Shown: positions 1 to 8,342 of the stretch, piece by piece | Layout of the letters: every line of letters starts with the position of its first letter | How positions within the stretch are numbered: position 1 is the first letter of the stretch | Assembly: GCF_000284115.1 (NCBI RefSeq) | Contig: NC_017080.1 | Location: 510,001 to 542,000, forward strand | Source of the DNA: Phycisphaera mikurensis NBRC 102666 | GTDB lineage: Bacteria; Planctomycetota; Phycisphaerae; Phycisphaerales; Phycisphaeraceae | DNA: 32,000 bases | Reading direction: 5' to 3' | Notes under the pieces: model-generated | Databases searched by the model: none | Told to the model about the DNA's origin: nothing | The model's input: the letters and a program-made list of their open reading frames with translations, nothing else | Program-made: the position numbers and the translations under genes

Positions 1-1079
1 GCCGCTACTGCATCAACCGCGTGAGCAACGACGTGAAACGGGCGCGCTTCAGCGTCGACGAGGTGGTGGACCTCACGATCGGCTTCTACAAGCGCAACTA
101 CATCGAGGGGTTGTTCTTGTCCTCGGGCGTCATCCGCGACCCCGACTACACGATGGACCAGCTCACCGAGGTCGCCCGGAAGCTGCGCGAGGATCACCGC
201 TTCAACGGGTACATCCACCTCAAGGCGGTGGTCGGCGCGAGCGAGGAGGCGCTGATGCGGGCCGGGAAGCACGCGGATCGGCTCTCCGCGAACATCGAGC
301 TGCCCAGCCAGGAGGACCTCGACAAGCTGGCGCCCGAGAAGACGATCGACGGAGCCGAGGGCGCGATGACGTCGATCAAGGGCGGGCTGGACGCGTCGGC
401 CGGCAGGCAGACCGACGCGGCGAAGGCGTCCTCGCTCACGCGGGGCCGGGCCGCTCTGGGCCGCCGCGACCGCTTCGCGCCGGCGGGGCAGAGCACGCAG
501 ATGATCGTGGGGGCCACGGCCACCCCCGACGCGGACATCCTCGCCACGGCGAACCGCCTGTACGGGCGGCACGGCCTCAAGCGGGTCTACTACACGGCCT
601 ATTCGCCGATCGAGAAGGGGCACTACGACCTTCCGACCAAGGCGCCGCCGCTGGTCCGTGAGCACCGGCTGTACCAGAGCGACTGGCTGCTGCGCTTCTA
701 CGGCTTCGGCATCGACGAGCTGCGGCAGGGCGTGGTCGGCGCCGATGGGAACCTCGACCTGGAGGTCGACCCGAAGACTGCGTGGGCGCTGGCGAACCGC
801 CACTTCTTCCCGGTCGACCTCAACCGCGCCCCGCGGGAGTCGATGCTGCGGGTGCCGGGGCTGGGCGTGCGGACGGTGAACCGGCTGATCGGGATCCGCA
901 GGCACCGCAGCATCCGCCTGGAGGACCTCAAGAAGCTGCGGGTGGCGATGAAGCGGTGCTCGCCCTTCGTCGTCGCGGCGGACGGCTGGGGCGGGACGCG
1001 CGGGCTCGACGCCGACGGGCTGCGGGCGCAGCTGGTCGGGACCCGCAAGGACGTCCCGCAGCTGTCGCTGTTCGCCTGA
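1..1079 (+). CDS. putative DNA modification/repair radical SAM protein, 5'-truncated at the window edge
   Basis: The frame stays open to nt 3 (..RYCINR, the tail of a CxxxCxxC cluster), so the GTG at 21 is not the true start. Third codon positions are strongly G/C-biased. Blocks YIHLKAVVGAS, QSTQMIVGAT and LYQSDWLLRFYGF are present. The C-terminal LRVPGLGVRTVNRLIGIR looks like a helix-hairpin-helix, typical of the rSAM family usually linked to UDG-domain genes. Confidence 0.8.
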   Translation, partial: RYCINRVSNDVKRARFSVDEVVDLTIGFYKRNYIEGLFLSSGVIRDPDYTMDQLTEVARKLREDHRFNGYIHLKAVVGASEEALMRAGKHADRLSANIELPSQEDLDKLAPEKTIDGAEGAMTSIKGGLDASAGRQTDAAKASSLTRGRAALGRRDRFAPAGQSTQMIVGATATPDADILATANRLYGRHGLKRVYYTAYSPIEKGHYDLPTKAPPLVREHRLYQSDWLLRFYGFGIDELRQGVVGADGNLDLEVDPKTAWALANRHFFPVDLNRAPRESMLRVPGLGVRTVNRLIGIRRHRSIRLEDLKKLRVAMKRCSPFVVAADGWGGTRGLDADGLRAQLVGTRKDVPQLSLFA

Positions 1080-1132
1080 CGCGGCGGGCTTAGCGCACCG
1101 TGCGCTATTCCCCGAACGCCTCTGCGGGCGAG

Positions 1133-1247
1133 TCGTGCCCCTCGCTTCGTCGGCTGCATCGCCCTGCAGGGGCAGGGCTGCTTCGCCTCCTCACGAGGAA
1201 CACGACGCGCGGACGCAGGCCGATCGGGGAATCGCGCACGATGCTCT
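1133..1247. repeat. dispersed ~115-bp intergenic repeat, copy A (homologous to 7181-7297)
   Basis: By-eye alignment with 7181-7297 gives roughly 75-80% identity. The core GGCTGCTTCGCCTCCTC is identical, and the GCGGACGC..GCCGATC..CGCGCACGATGCTCT / GCACGCGATGCTCT blocks are shared. The two copies are read in different frames by overlapping ORFs, so the repeat is not coding. Confidence 0.7.
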
Positions 1248-1412
1248 AGCAGGCCGCTGCAGAACCTCGCGTCAGGCGAGAGCGCGGCAGAATCGTGTCT
1301 CGCGAGGAGAGCGGGACCCGCGTAGCCGTCTACTACGTGGGTTACGCTCGACGAAGCGAGACGCGATTCTGCCCGCTCGCAGCCCCGATGGGGTTCTGCA
1401 GCGGCCTGCTAG
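1246..1412. repeat. 167-bp long imperfect inverted repeat (extended hairpin, MITE-like or structured RNA)
   Basis: Perfect 21-nt termini: CTAGCAGGCCGCTGCAGAACC at 1246-1266 and its exact reverse complement at 1392-1412. Inner arms at about 1278-1304 and 1356-1379 pair with 1 mismatch and 1 indel. An apical stem ACCCGCGTAG/CTACGTGGGT closes a 7-nt loop. The right terminus overlaps the TAG stop (1409-1411) of the minus-strand CDS. Confidence 0.8.
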
Positions 1413-2059
1413 GCGGCGCGGCGGAGCGGTGAGGCCTGCGCCGGCGCAAAGGCGGCGACGAGCCGGGTGCGGGCCTCGGTGGCGGCGCAGGCCGCCCAAA
1501 CGGCGTCGCGACGCTGCGGCGGGCAGCGGTCGGCGAAGGCGGCGGCGACGCGGGCTTGCGCCAAGCGGAGGTCGCCGCCGAGGCCGACCTCTTCTTCGTC
1601 GGAGACGGGGCCTTCGAGGCGGCCGGGCAGGATCCCGGCGTCGAGGCAGCGGCAGGCCCGCGCGAAGGCGTGTGCCGCGGCGCCGCCGCCATTGACGCCG
1701 GTGTCGATGGCGAGCACCTCGGGCCGGGCGAAGGTCACCGGCAGCGCCCGATCGTGGCGGAGCAGCAGCGAGAGCAGGTCGGTGCGGAGCGGCTCGGCGC
1801 CGGCACCCAGGGGGCCGTCGGCCACCCACCACCAGCGGCGGTGGGGCTGCCGGGCGGCGGTGGCGGCGGCGGCCCGGGCGGCGTGGGGCCGGAGACGCTG
1901 GCCCGCGCCGAGCACCGTGACCACCGGGGCGCGGGCACCGGCGGCGGCCACGCGGAGCGCCGCCGGGGTGTCGGCGTCGAGGGCGAGAAACTCGACGCCG
2001 TCGCCGCCGGTGGGGCGGGATCCGGGGAGGGCGAGCACGGTGAGCAGGGGGCGGGCCAT
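1409..2059 (-). CDS. hypothetical protein (216 aa)
   Basis: ATG start. Third positions are almost all G/C in this frame. Composition is non-repetitive and protein-like (LAIDTGVNGGGAAAHAFARACRCLDAGILPG). It is co-oriented with the two upstream minus-strand genes. No family recognised. Confidence 0.65.
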   Translation of the reverse strand: MARPLLTVLALPGSRPTGGDGVEFLALDADTPAALRVAAAGARAPVVTVLGAGQRLRPHAARAAAATAARQPHRRWWWVADGPLGAGAEPLRTDLLSLLLRHDRALPVTFARPEVLAIDTGVNGGGAAAHAFARACRCLDAGILPGRLEGPVSDEEEVGLGGDLRLAQARVAAAFADRCPPQRRDAVWAACAATEARTRLVAAFAPAQASPLRRAA

Positions 2060-2107
2060 CGGGAAGATCGGGCGGCGGGGCGGCGGGAAGGGGCGGGCGG
2101 GGCGGGC

Positions 2108-3370
2108 TCAGATCACGCGGGGCGTGTTCTGCTTGATCGTGAAGCCGGCGTCGGGCACCGCCTTCTGGAAGGCCGCCGAGGGCGCGGCGAAGCGGCGGCG
2201 CGGGAGCCAGAAGGCCCCCAGGAGCAGCAGCTGCACGGGCAGCAGCGACATGCGGACCGCGTCGCCGGCGGGGCCGCCGGCGAGGATCGCGAGCGGGACG
2301 GCGCTGAAGAAGAACAGCCCGAGCGCCAGCCTCCGGCGGACCGCGGCCAAGACCGCGGCCAGCCCGGCGGCCGCGAGCAGCATCGCGTTGAGGATCTTCC
2401 ACGCGGTCGAGACCGCCACGTCGAGGCTGGAGTAGGCGGGCGCCTCGGCGGCGGTCGCGGGCATGCGAGCCGGTGCGGCGGGGATCAGCTCGTCGCCGAG
2501 GGCGGGCGCGGCGAAGGCGGCCCGCACCTCGGCGGCGACGTCCAGGCCGGGCCGGAGGTCGAAGCGGGCGAGCAGTTCGGCCCACTGGCTCTCGATCAGC
2601 CGCGGGACGACCTCGCCGTGCGGGCTTTGCATCCGCTCCAGGACGAGCGCCCGGCCGTCGGCGATGCCGAAGCCGGCAACGGGGATGGCGGCGCCGGCGA
2701 CGATCACCAGCGCGGCGGCGAGGTCTTGGGGGCCGCGGCCGGGGCCGCTGCAGCCGAAGCCGGCGACCAGCCGCCAGAGGGCGAGCGGGACGGCGAGCAC
2801 GGCGACCGACGGGGCGATCACGCCGCCGGCGCCGAGGATCAACCCGGCGGCGGCGGAGGGGGCGAGGCCGGCGACCGGCCGGCGGCCGCTGCGGACGCCC
2901 GGCGTTGGGATCCAGAGCAAGAAGAGGGCGCACGCGACGGCGGCGAACGCCCAGAAAGCGCCCCCGGGGGTGAGCGAGGCGTGCAGCACCCCGGGGTGCA
3001 GGCCCATGACCGCGGCGGCGAAGACGGCCGGACCGATCCGCCCGCTGAGGCGGTGCACGCAGAGGCCGACGGGGATGACCAGCAGGGCCCCGGCGAGCCA
3101 CTGCACCGTGAGCAGGGCTTGATCGACCGCGGGCGCCGGGAGAGAAGCGACGCCCAGGAGCAGGATGAGCCCGTGGAGCACGGCGACCGCGCCGGCGGCG
3201 ACGCCCAGCGGGATCAGCGGGTTGGGCCCGTCGCCGGGCTCGTGCTCGGGCTCCTGGCTCGGATCGACGAAGCCCTCGCGGCTGAACAGCGGCAGCGGCG
3301 CGGCGGGCCCCGGGGCGGGGGCGGGCGGGCCGCCGGGAGGCGTCGCGGCATCGAGGGTCGGCAGGAACAT
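2108..3370 (-). CDS. polytopic integral membrane protein, unknown function (420 aa)
   Basis: ATG start. There are about 9-10 hydrophobic helices (LIPLGVAAGAVAVLHGLILLLGV, WAFAAVACALFLLWI, LLAAAGLAAVLAAV and others) plus a central soluble loop. The GC3 bias is coding-like. Confidence 0.75.
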   Translation of the reverse strand: MFLPTLDAATPPGGPPAPAPGPAAPLPLFSREGFVDPSQEPEHEPGDGPNPLIPLGVAAGAVAVLHGLILLLGVASLPAPAVDQALLTVQWLAGALLVIPVGLCVHRLSGRIGPAVFAAAVMGLHPGVLHASLTPGGAFWAFAAVACALFLLWIPTPGVRSGRRPVAGLAPSAAAGLILGAGGVIAPSVAVLAVPLALWRLVAGFGCSGPGRGPQDLAAALVIVAGAAIPVAGFGIADGRALVLERMQSPHGEVVPRLIESQWAELLARFDLRPGLDVAAEVRAAFAAPALGDELIPAAPARMPATAAEAPAYSSLDVAVSTAWKILNAMLLAAAGLAAVLAAVRRRLALGLFFFSAVPLAILAGGPAGDAVRMSLLPVQLLLLGAFWLPRRRFAAPSAAFQKAVPDAGFTIKQNTPRVI

Positions 3371-3460
3371 CGGCGGCCTCGGGAAGCGGTGCGGCGATCG
3401 GCCGCAGCGCGACCCGGAGCCGTCCCCATCGGCCGGCCGCGGGGCCGCCTTCAGGCCGCA

Positions 3461-3508
3461 GCCGCGGACCGAAGCGGATTCTTCGTTGCGACCGTCACGG
3501 TCCGCGGC
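3461..3508 (-). repeat. GCCGCGGACCG-type hairpin at a gene 3' end (REP-like, candidate U-tract-less terminator)
   Basis: GCCGCGGACCG (3461-3471) and its exact reverse complement CGGTCCGCGGC (3498-3508) are separated by 26 nt. The hairpin starts 13 nt downstream of the stop of the 3521..4675 minus-strand gene. Confidence 0.5.
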
Positions 3509-3520
3509 CGGCCGTGCCGG

Positions 3521-4675
3521 TCAGGCGGTCCCGCCCGGGATCCGCTGCGCCGCGTCGGCGGCCAGGTCCAGCTCGGACATCAGCAGGGCCAGCACCGACT
3601 CGGCGCCCTGGTTCTGGTTCACGCCGCCGGGGTGCAGGCCGTCGCGGCAGGCGTGCGTCTCGGGATCGACGAGGCAGACGCCCAGGTCGTTGACGCCGTG
3701 AAACCAGCCCGAGGCGAGCGTCGCACGCTCTCGCCAGCGCGCGGCGTCCTCGCCGGCGTCGGCTCCGTCGGCGACGCGGGCGGCGTCAAGGCAGGCGTCG
3801 ACGAGCGCGGCGGCCTCCAGCGGCTGCTGATCGAAGCGGGCCCGGGTGCCGTCGCGGCACAGCCAGCCGTCGTTGCCGATGATCGAGACGCAGGGCGAGC
3901 CCCCCGGCGTCTCGCCCTCCTGGACCGTCCAGAGCCAGTCCAGGCTGGCGAGGGCGTCGGCGGCCATCGCCGCGTCTTCGAGCCGGCCGGCGGCGACGAG
4001 CAGCGCCTGGGGGAGGCGGGCGTTGTCGTAGGAGACCTCGTCCTCCCACCACGGCCAGCCGCCGCGGCGGTGGGCCCGCAGCCGCCGGTGCAGGTGCCGG
4101 CCGAAGCGCTCGATGGCGGCGACCGAGGGCCCGTGCCCGGCCATGCGGCGGAGGAAGGCGTCCGCCCCGAGGATCGTGAAGGCCTGCGCGCGCAGGCTGT
4201 CGAGCGCCTCGGACGCGTCGATCGCGTGGTGGTACAGGCCCTCGGCGAGGCGGAGCGTGTTGGTGTCGGGCGCGAGGCGGACGGCCTCGCCCAAGGCCCA
4301 GACGGTGCGACCCTGGCTGTCGTTGCTGCCCACGCTCTCGAGCCAGCGCCGGTCGAAGCCCATGAAGTTGCGGAAGGCGCCGGTCTCGGGGTTGCGGGCG
4401 TGGTGGAGGAAGCCGAGGTAGCGGTGGATGGAGATCTCCGCCTCGTCGTGGCCGAAGAGGGCGGCGTGCCGGACGGCGACGATGAGGGCCCGGGCGTTGT
4501 CGTCGATGCAGTAGCCGTGGTTGGCGTCGGGCGTCGCGAACACGCAGTGCTGGAACAGCCCGGTGTCGTCGGTCATCCGCCGCAGCTGCGTGAGGTCGCA
4601 GCGGTGCGTCCGCTCCGGCGTCCGGTGGCTCCGCCTGTCGTCGTTGCGCCGCGGCAAGGAGGTGCTTGGGTCCAT
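3521..4675 (-). CDS. conserved (alpha/alpha)6 six-hairpin-like protein of the kind often fused or adjacent to GT4 glycosyltransferases
   Basis: Only the C-terminal 384 codons of the 1365-aa track ORF look like real protein. Motifs: DDTGLFQHCVF, HGYCIDDNARALIV, GWPWWEDEVSYDNARLPQAL, NQNQGAESVLALL. The ATG at 4675 is chosen as the start. Alternatives are ATG 4576 and TTG 4807. Confidence 0.8.
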   Translation of the reverse strand: MDPSTSLPRRNDDRRSHRTPERTHRCDLTQLRRMTDDTGLFQHCVFATPDANHGYCIDDNARALIVAVRHAALFGHDEAEISIHRYLGFLHHARNPETGAFRNFMGFDRRWLESVGSNDSQGRTVWALGEAVRLAPDTNTLRLAEGLYHHAIDASEALDSLRAQAFTILGADAFLRRMAGHGPSVAAIERFGRHLHRRLRAHRRGGWPWWEDEVSYDNARLPQALLVAAGRLEDAAMAADALASLDWLWTVQEGETPGGSPCVSIIGNDGWLCRDGTRARFDQQPLEAAALVDACLDAARVADGADAGEDAARWRERATLASGWFHGVNDLGVCLVDPETHACRDGLHPGGVNQNQGAESVLALLMSELDLAADAAQRIPGGTA

Positions 4676-4810
4676 CTTCGGCTCGGTCTTCGGCTCGCTC
4701 TTCGGCTCGGTCGCGGGGCGTGCGGTGGAGGCCGCGGCGGCCGCCGGCCACGGGAACCCGCCGGCCGCTGGGGAGGCCGGCGGCGGGCGGCTCCACCGTA
4801 AGGTCAAGCC

Positions 4811-7177
4811 GTGCGATTCCGGTGGCCGGCGATCCTGGTGTTCTTCTGCGTGCCCGTGGCGGCGCCGGCGGAGCCGCTGCGTCAGGCCGAGGTGGAGGCG
4901 GCGATCGCCGTGCTCAAGGCCGATCTCTACGCGATGCAGGACGCGCGGACCGGCGGCTGGTACGGGGCCTACGACAAGTCGCCGAAGCTCAACGACCCCA
5001 AGGACGACGAGCTGCTGACGGTGACCGCCACGCTCGCCCTCCTGCGCAGCGGGGACTCCCCGGACGTCGAGCCGCGGCTGCGCAAGGCGGTGGAGCGTGT
5101 GGAGTGGGGGGCGGATCGACCCGAGGAGGTCGCCTCGACCCAGGTGGTCGGAACGCGGGCGGAGATCTGGCCGCTGCTGCCGGGCGACGGGCACGCGGCG
5201 CGCCTCCAGAGCGACGGCCTGCGGCTGCTGCGTGCGGCCAGCGCCGCGGCGACCTTCGAGGCGCTCCTCACCGACGAGGCCGACGCGGAGGACTGGAACC
5301 ACCGGATGACGCAGTACGCGGTGGCGGGCATCGCGGAGGCGCAGGACGCGGGCCTGAAGGTGCCCGATCGCTTCTGGAAGACCGCGGCGGAGCACTTCAT
5401 GGAGACCCAATCGCCCTCGGGCGGCTGGAGCTACAGCCCGGACACGGAGCCCAACGCGGCGATGACGTGCGCGGGGCTCTCGGTGCTGCTGACCGCCCGG
5501 GCCGAGGTCGCCGGCTTCGTCAACGCCGAGCGGCCGAAGCCGGAGCTGGAGCGGGCGATCGCCCGCGGCCTCGCGTACCTCGACGGCGAGCTCGGCGGCG
5601 ACAAGACCGTCTACGGCGGCAGCGGCTACCTCTTCTACGGGCTCGAGCAGGTCGCCCTGCGGACGGGGCGGCGGCTGCTCGGCGGGACCGACTGGTTCCA
5701 GGAGATGGGGCGCTACGTCGTGGACCGGGCCCTCGCCGGGGGCGACCCGGTGCACCGGCAGGTCGTCAACGCGTCGTGGTTCCTCATGTTCCTGGCACGG
5801 GGGGAGGTGCCGATCGTCTTCAACAAGCTCTCCCTCGGCCACGCGGTGGACGCCGCGGAGCGGGGGAAGCGGCCGGGCGCGGGCGCGCCCGACGCCGCCG
5901 GCCGCCCCAACGACGTCGCCTTCTTGACGGCGTGGCTGTCCGACGCCTTCGAGAGCGAGCTCAACTGGCAGGCGGTGTCGCTGGACGAGCCCGTGGAGGC
6001 TTTGCTGACGGCTCCCGCGGCCCTGCTGCTGCTCGACGGCGCGTGGGCGCCGGAGCCGGCGCAGCTTGCGAAGCTGCGGTCGTTCCTCGACCTCGGGGGG
6101 CTGCTGCTGGTGGTGCCCGCGGGGCGGACCGCGGCGAAGGTGAAGGCGGCGGTGGCGTCGCTGGCGGGGTCGCTCACGCCCGCGGGCGCGGCCCCGCTGA
6201 CGCTCGAGCCCGTGCCGGAGGATCACGCCGCGCTGGGTCTGTGGCGGAAGCCCGACCGCCCGACCCGCTTCTTCCGCCTCCACAACGGAGCGCGCGACCT
6301 GGTGCTGCTCGCGATGAACGACCTGGGCCGCGACTGGCAGCGGGGCCGACGCGCCGACGACGCGATGGCCGTGGGCGCGAACCTCCACCTGCTCACCAGC
6401 GGCTACGGGCCGCTGCCGCCGCGGGTGAGCGGCGGCTTCCCCGCGGAGCCGGACGCGCCGGCGGGGGAGAGCGGCGGGGCGGAGACGGTGGCAGCGTCGG
6501 TGGCGGTCGTCCGCTGCGGCCCGCTCGTGGGGCGCGAGGCGGGCCTGTGGGAAGCGACCCGCCGGCGGCTGGCGGCGGAGGGGCGGGCGACGCTGGAGGT
6601 GCGTTCGGTCGCGGCGGAAGCCCTCGGCGTGGAAGCCGCCGCGGACGCCGACGCCGAGGCTTCGCCGCTCGATGGCGTCGACCTCCTGCACGTGGTCGGT
6701 GCCGGGGAAGCGCCCGCCGCGGCACCGGTGATCGTCGCCGCGTCGGCCTTCGCCCGCGCGGGCGGCACGGTGCTGGTCGAGTCGCTTGGCGGCGCAAGCG
6801 GGTTCGCGGCCGCGACCGAGGCCGCGCTGGCGGCGGCGCTGGGGGCGGCGCCCGGGCCGCTGGACGCCGCGGAGGGGCTGCTCGACGCGGACGAGGCGGT
6901 GCCCGGGACCGCCGACCTCCGGCGTGTGGCTTTCCGGCCCTTCTCGATCCAGCGCTTCGGCGCCGGCACGGCCCCGACGCTGACGGCGCTGAGCCTCGCG
7001 GGACGCGCGGCGGTGGTCTCCTCCGCCGAGGACCTCTCGCTGGGGGCGCTGGGTGTGCGGCAGTGGGGCGTTCACGGGTACACGCCCGGCGACGCCGGGC
7101 GGCTCGCGCGGAACCTGGTGCTGCACGCGGCGGCGCGGCGGCCGTCCCCCGCGGCGGCTCCTCCGCCCCCGCCCTGA
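4811..7177 (+). CDS. secreted protein: N-terminal prenyltransferase/terpene-cyclase-like alpha-toroid repeats plus a DUF4159-like domain
   Basis: Signal peptide MRFRWPAILVFFCVPVAAPAEP. Toroid-repeat-like motifs QSPSGGWSYS and GGWYGAY. The block PNDVAFLTAWLSD..LNWQAVSLDEP..LLTAPAALLLLDGAWAPEPAQLAKLRSFLDLGGLLLV resembles DUF4159. Confidence 0.8.
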   Translation: MRFRWPAILVFFCVPVAAPAEPLRQAEVEAAIAVLKADLYAMQDARTGGWYGAYDKSPKLNDPKDDELLTVTATLALLRSGDSPDVEPRLRKAVERVEWGADRPEEVASTQVVGTRAEIWPLLPGDGHAARLQSDGLRLLRAASAAATFEALLTDEADAEDWNHRMTQYAVAGIAEAQDAGLKVPDRFWKTAAEHFMETQSPSGGWSYSPDTEPNAAMTCAGLSVLLTARAEVAGFVNAERPKPELERAIARGLAYLDGELGGDKTVYGGSGYLFYGLEQVALRTGRRLLGGTDWFQEMGRYVVDRALAGGDPVHRQVVNASWFLMFLARGEVPIVFNKLSLGHAVDAAERGKRPGAGAPDAAGRPNDVAFLTAWLSDAFESELNWQAVSLDEPVEALLTAPAALLLLDGAWAPEPAQLAKLRSFLDLGGLLLVVPAGRTAAKVKAAVASLAGSLTPAGAAPLTLEPVPEDHAALGLWRKPDRPTRFFRLHNGARDLVLLAMNDLGRDWQRGRRADDAMAVGANLHLLTSGYGPLPPRVSGGFPAEPDAPAGESGGAETVAASVAVVRCGPLVGREAGLWEATRRRLAAEGRATLEVRSVAAEALGVEAAADADAEASPLDGVDLLHVVGAGEAPAAAPVIVAASAFARAGGTVLVESLGGASGFAAATEAALAAALGAAPGPLDAAEGLLDADEAVPGTADLRRVAFRPFSIQRFGAGTAPTLTALSLAGRAAVVSSAEDLSLGALGVRQWGVHGYTPGDAGRLARNLVLHAAARRPSPAAAPPPPP

Positions 7178-7180
7178 CGC

Positions 7181-7297
7181 GTCGTGCGCCCTTCCCTGGC
7201 CGCTTTCTCTGCAAGGGCACGGCTGCTTCGCCTCCTCGTGAGGGACACGCCCCGCGGACGCGAGCCGATCCGCAGGGGGCACGCGATGCTCTCGCGC
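7181..7297. repeat. dispersed ~115-bp intergenic repeat, copy B (homologous to 1133-1247)
   Basis: See copy A. It lies directly after the stop of the DUF4159-like gene and upstream of the acyltransferase gene. Confidence 0.7.
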
Positions 7298-7376
7298 GGG
7301 AGCCGAATTGGGAAGATGCCATCTTGGGGTTTGCCCGCCCTTCAGCGCCCCCCCCGAGCCGACCGATCCCGAAACC

Positions 7377-8342
7377 GTGAGTCCCAGCGTCCCCCAGCCC
7401 GTCCCGCCTGCGCGCGCCGCCGCGTCCGCCAGCCCGCGCGCCGCGATCCACCGCGTCGACGAGGAGAACCAGCGGATCCCCCGGGAGGAGAAGCCGCCCG
7501 TGAAGGACGCGCTCGACGCCCCCACCGGCGCGGTCGCCAAGTACAACCACTTCTTCAGCGGCGGCCGCGGCGTGCCCGGGATGCTCAAGTACGACGCGGC
7601 CATGCTCATCTCGCGCAACGTGCCCGGCGCGGTCGGTTACCTCCTGCGGCAGAAGGCCTTCGGCTGGCTGCTTCGCGGGTGCGGGGCCGATGCGCGGTGG
7701 GGCGTGAGCGTCGCGCTGCGGCATCCCGGCAAGATGACGCTGGGCGACCGGGTGTCGGTCGACGACTTCGCGATGCTCTGCGCCCGCGGCGTGGAGGGCG
7801 GAGGCGGCGTCGGCCGCTTCGAGATCGGCGACGACGCGGTGATCAGCCGCTTCTGCATCCTGCAGAGCAAGCGTGGCGACCTGATCTTCGGGCCCGGGAG
7901 CCTGCTGGGAACCCACAGCCAGGTCGTCTCGACCAACGGGTGCCGCATCGGGGCCCGCGTGAACACCGGGCCGCAGTGCTACCTGGGCGGCTCCCGCCAC
8001 GGCATCGCCCGCGACGGCGTGCCGATGATGGACCAGGAGACGCACAGCCGCGGCCCGCTGGTCATCGGCGACGACGTGTGGCTCGGTGCGGGCGTGCGGG
8101 TGATGGAGGGCGTCCGGATCGGCCGCGGCGCGGTGGTCGGCGCGGGCGCCGTCGTGACGCGCGACGTGCCGGATCACGCCGTGGTGGCCGGCGTGCCCGC
8201 CCGCTTGCTGGGATACCGCGGCGCCGATGGCGGCGTCCACCCGCCCGAACCGCCGGTGCTCAGCCCGCGGAGCCCGCGTGCCGAGGACCCGAGCCGCGGC
8301 CGCCCCGCCGGCGACGCCGCCGCTTCGCCGGTGTCGGCTTGA
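7377..8342 (+). CDS. left-handed beta-helix (hexapeptide-repeat) acyltransferase
   Basis: Hexapeptide-type turns: IGDDAVISRFCIL, IGARVNTG, VIGDDVWLGAGVRVMEGVRIGRGAVVGAGAVVTRDVPDHAVVAGVPARLL. Start is uncertain: GTG 7377 is chosen, TTG 7308 lies inside repeat copy B, and ATG 7581 would cut off protein-like sequence. Confidence 0.8.
   Translation: MSPSVPQPVPPARAAASASPRAAIHRVDEENQRIPREEKPPVKDALDAPTGAVAKYNHFFSGGRGVPGMLKYDAAMLISRNVPGAVGYLLRQKAFGWLLRGCGADARWGVSVALRHPGKMTLGDRVSVDDFAMLCARGVEGGGGVGRFEIGDDAVISRFCILQSKRGDLIFGPGSLLGTHSQVVSTNGCRIGARVNTGPQCYLGGSRHGIARDGVPMMDQETHSRGPLVIGDDVWLGAGVRVMEGVRIGRGAVVGAGAVVTRDVPDHAVVAGVPARLLGYRGADGGVHPPEPPVLSPRSPRAEDPSRGRPAGDAAASPVSA

Noticed and set aside
1091-1105. 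Palindrome AGCGCAC-C-GTGCGCT just after the rSAM gene stop as a terminator
   Set aside because: A 7-bp stem with a 1-nt loop cannot fold as an RNA hairpin. It may be a protein-binding palindrome, but there is only a single occurrence and no supporting context.
1556-4801. 1081-aa plus-strand ORF, with similar giants at 1272..3101(-), 4666..7380(+), 6393..8240(-), 10162..12462(-), 14931..18641(-), 22357..24120(+) and 29220..31766(+)
   Set aside because: Translations are Arg/Gly/Pro/Ala low-complexity with no domain-like blocks. They run antisense or out of frame to ORFs with clear family motifs and the correct G/C-rich third positions. Long stop-free alternative frames are expected at this GC content.
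4676-7618. The N-terminal ~980 aa of the 1365-aa minus-strand ORF 3521..7618
   Set aside because: Only the last 384 codons look like protein. The upstream part is Arg/Pro-rich and is antisense to the well-supported secreted DUF4159-like gene (4811..7177).
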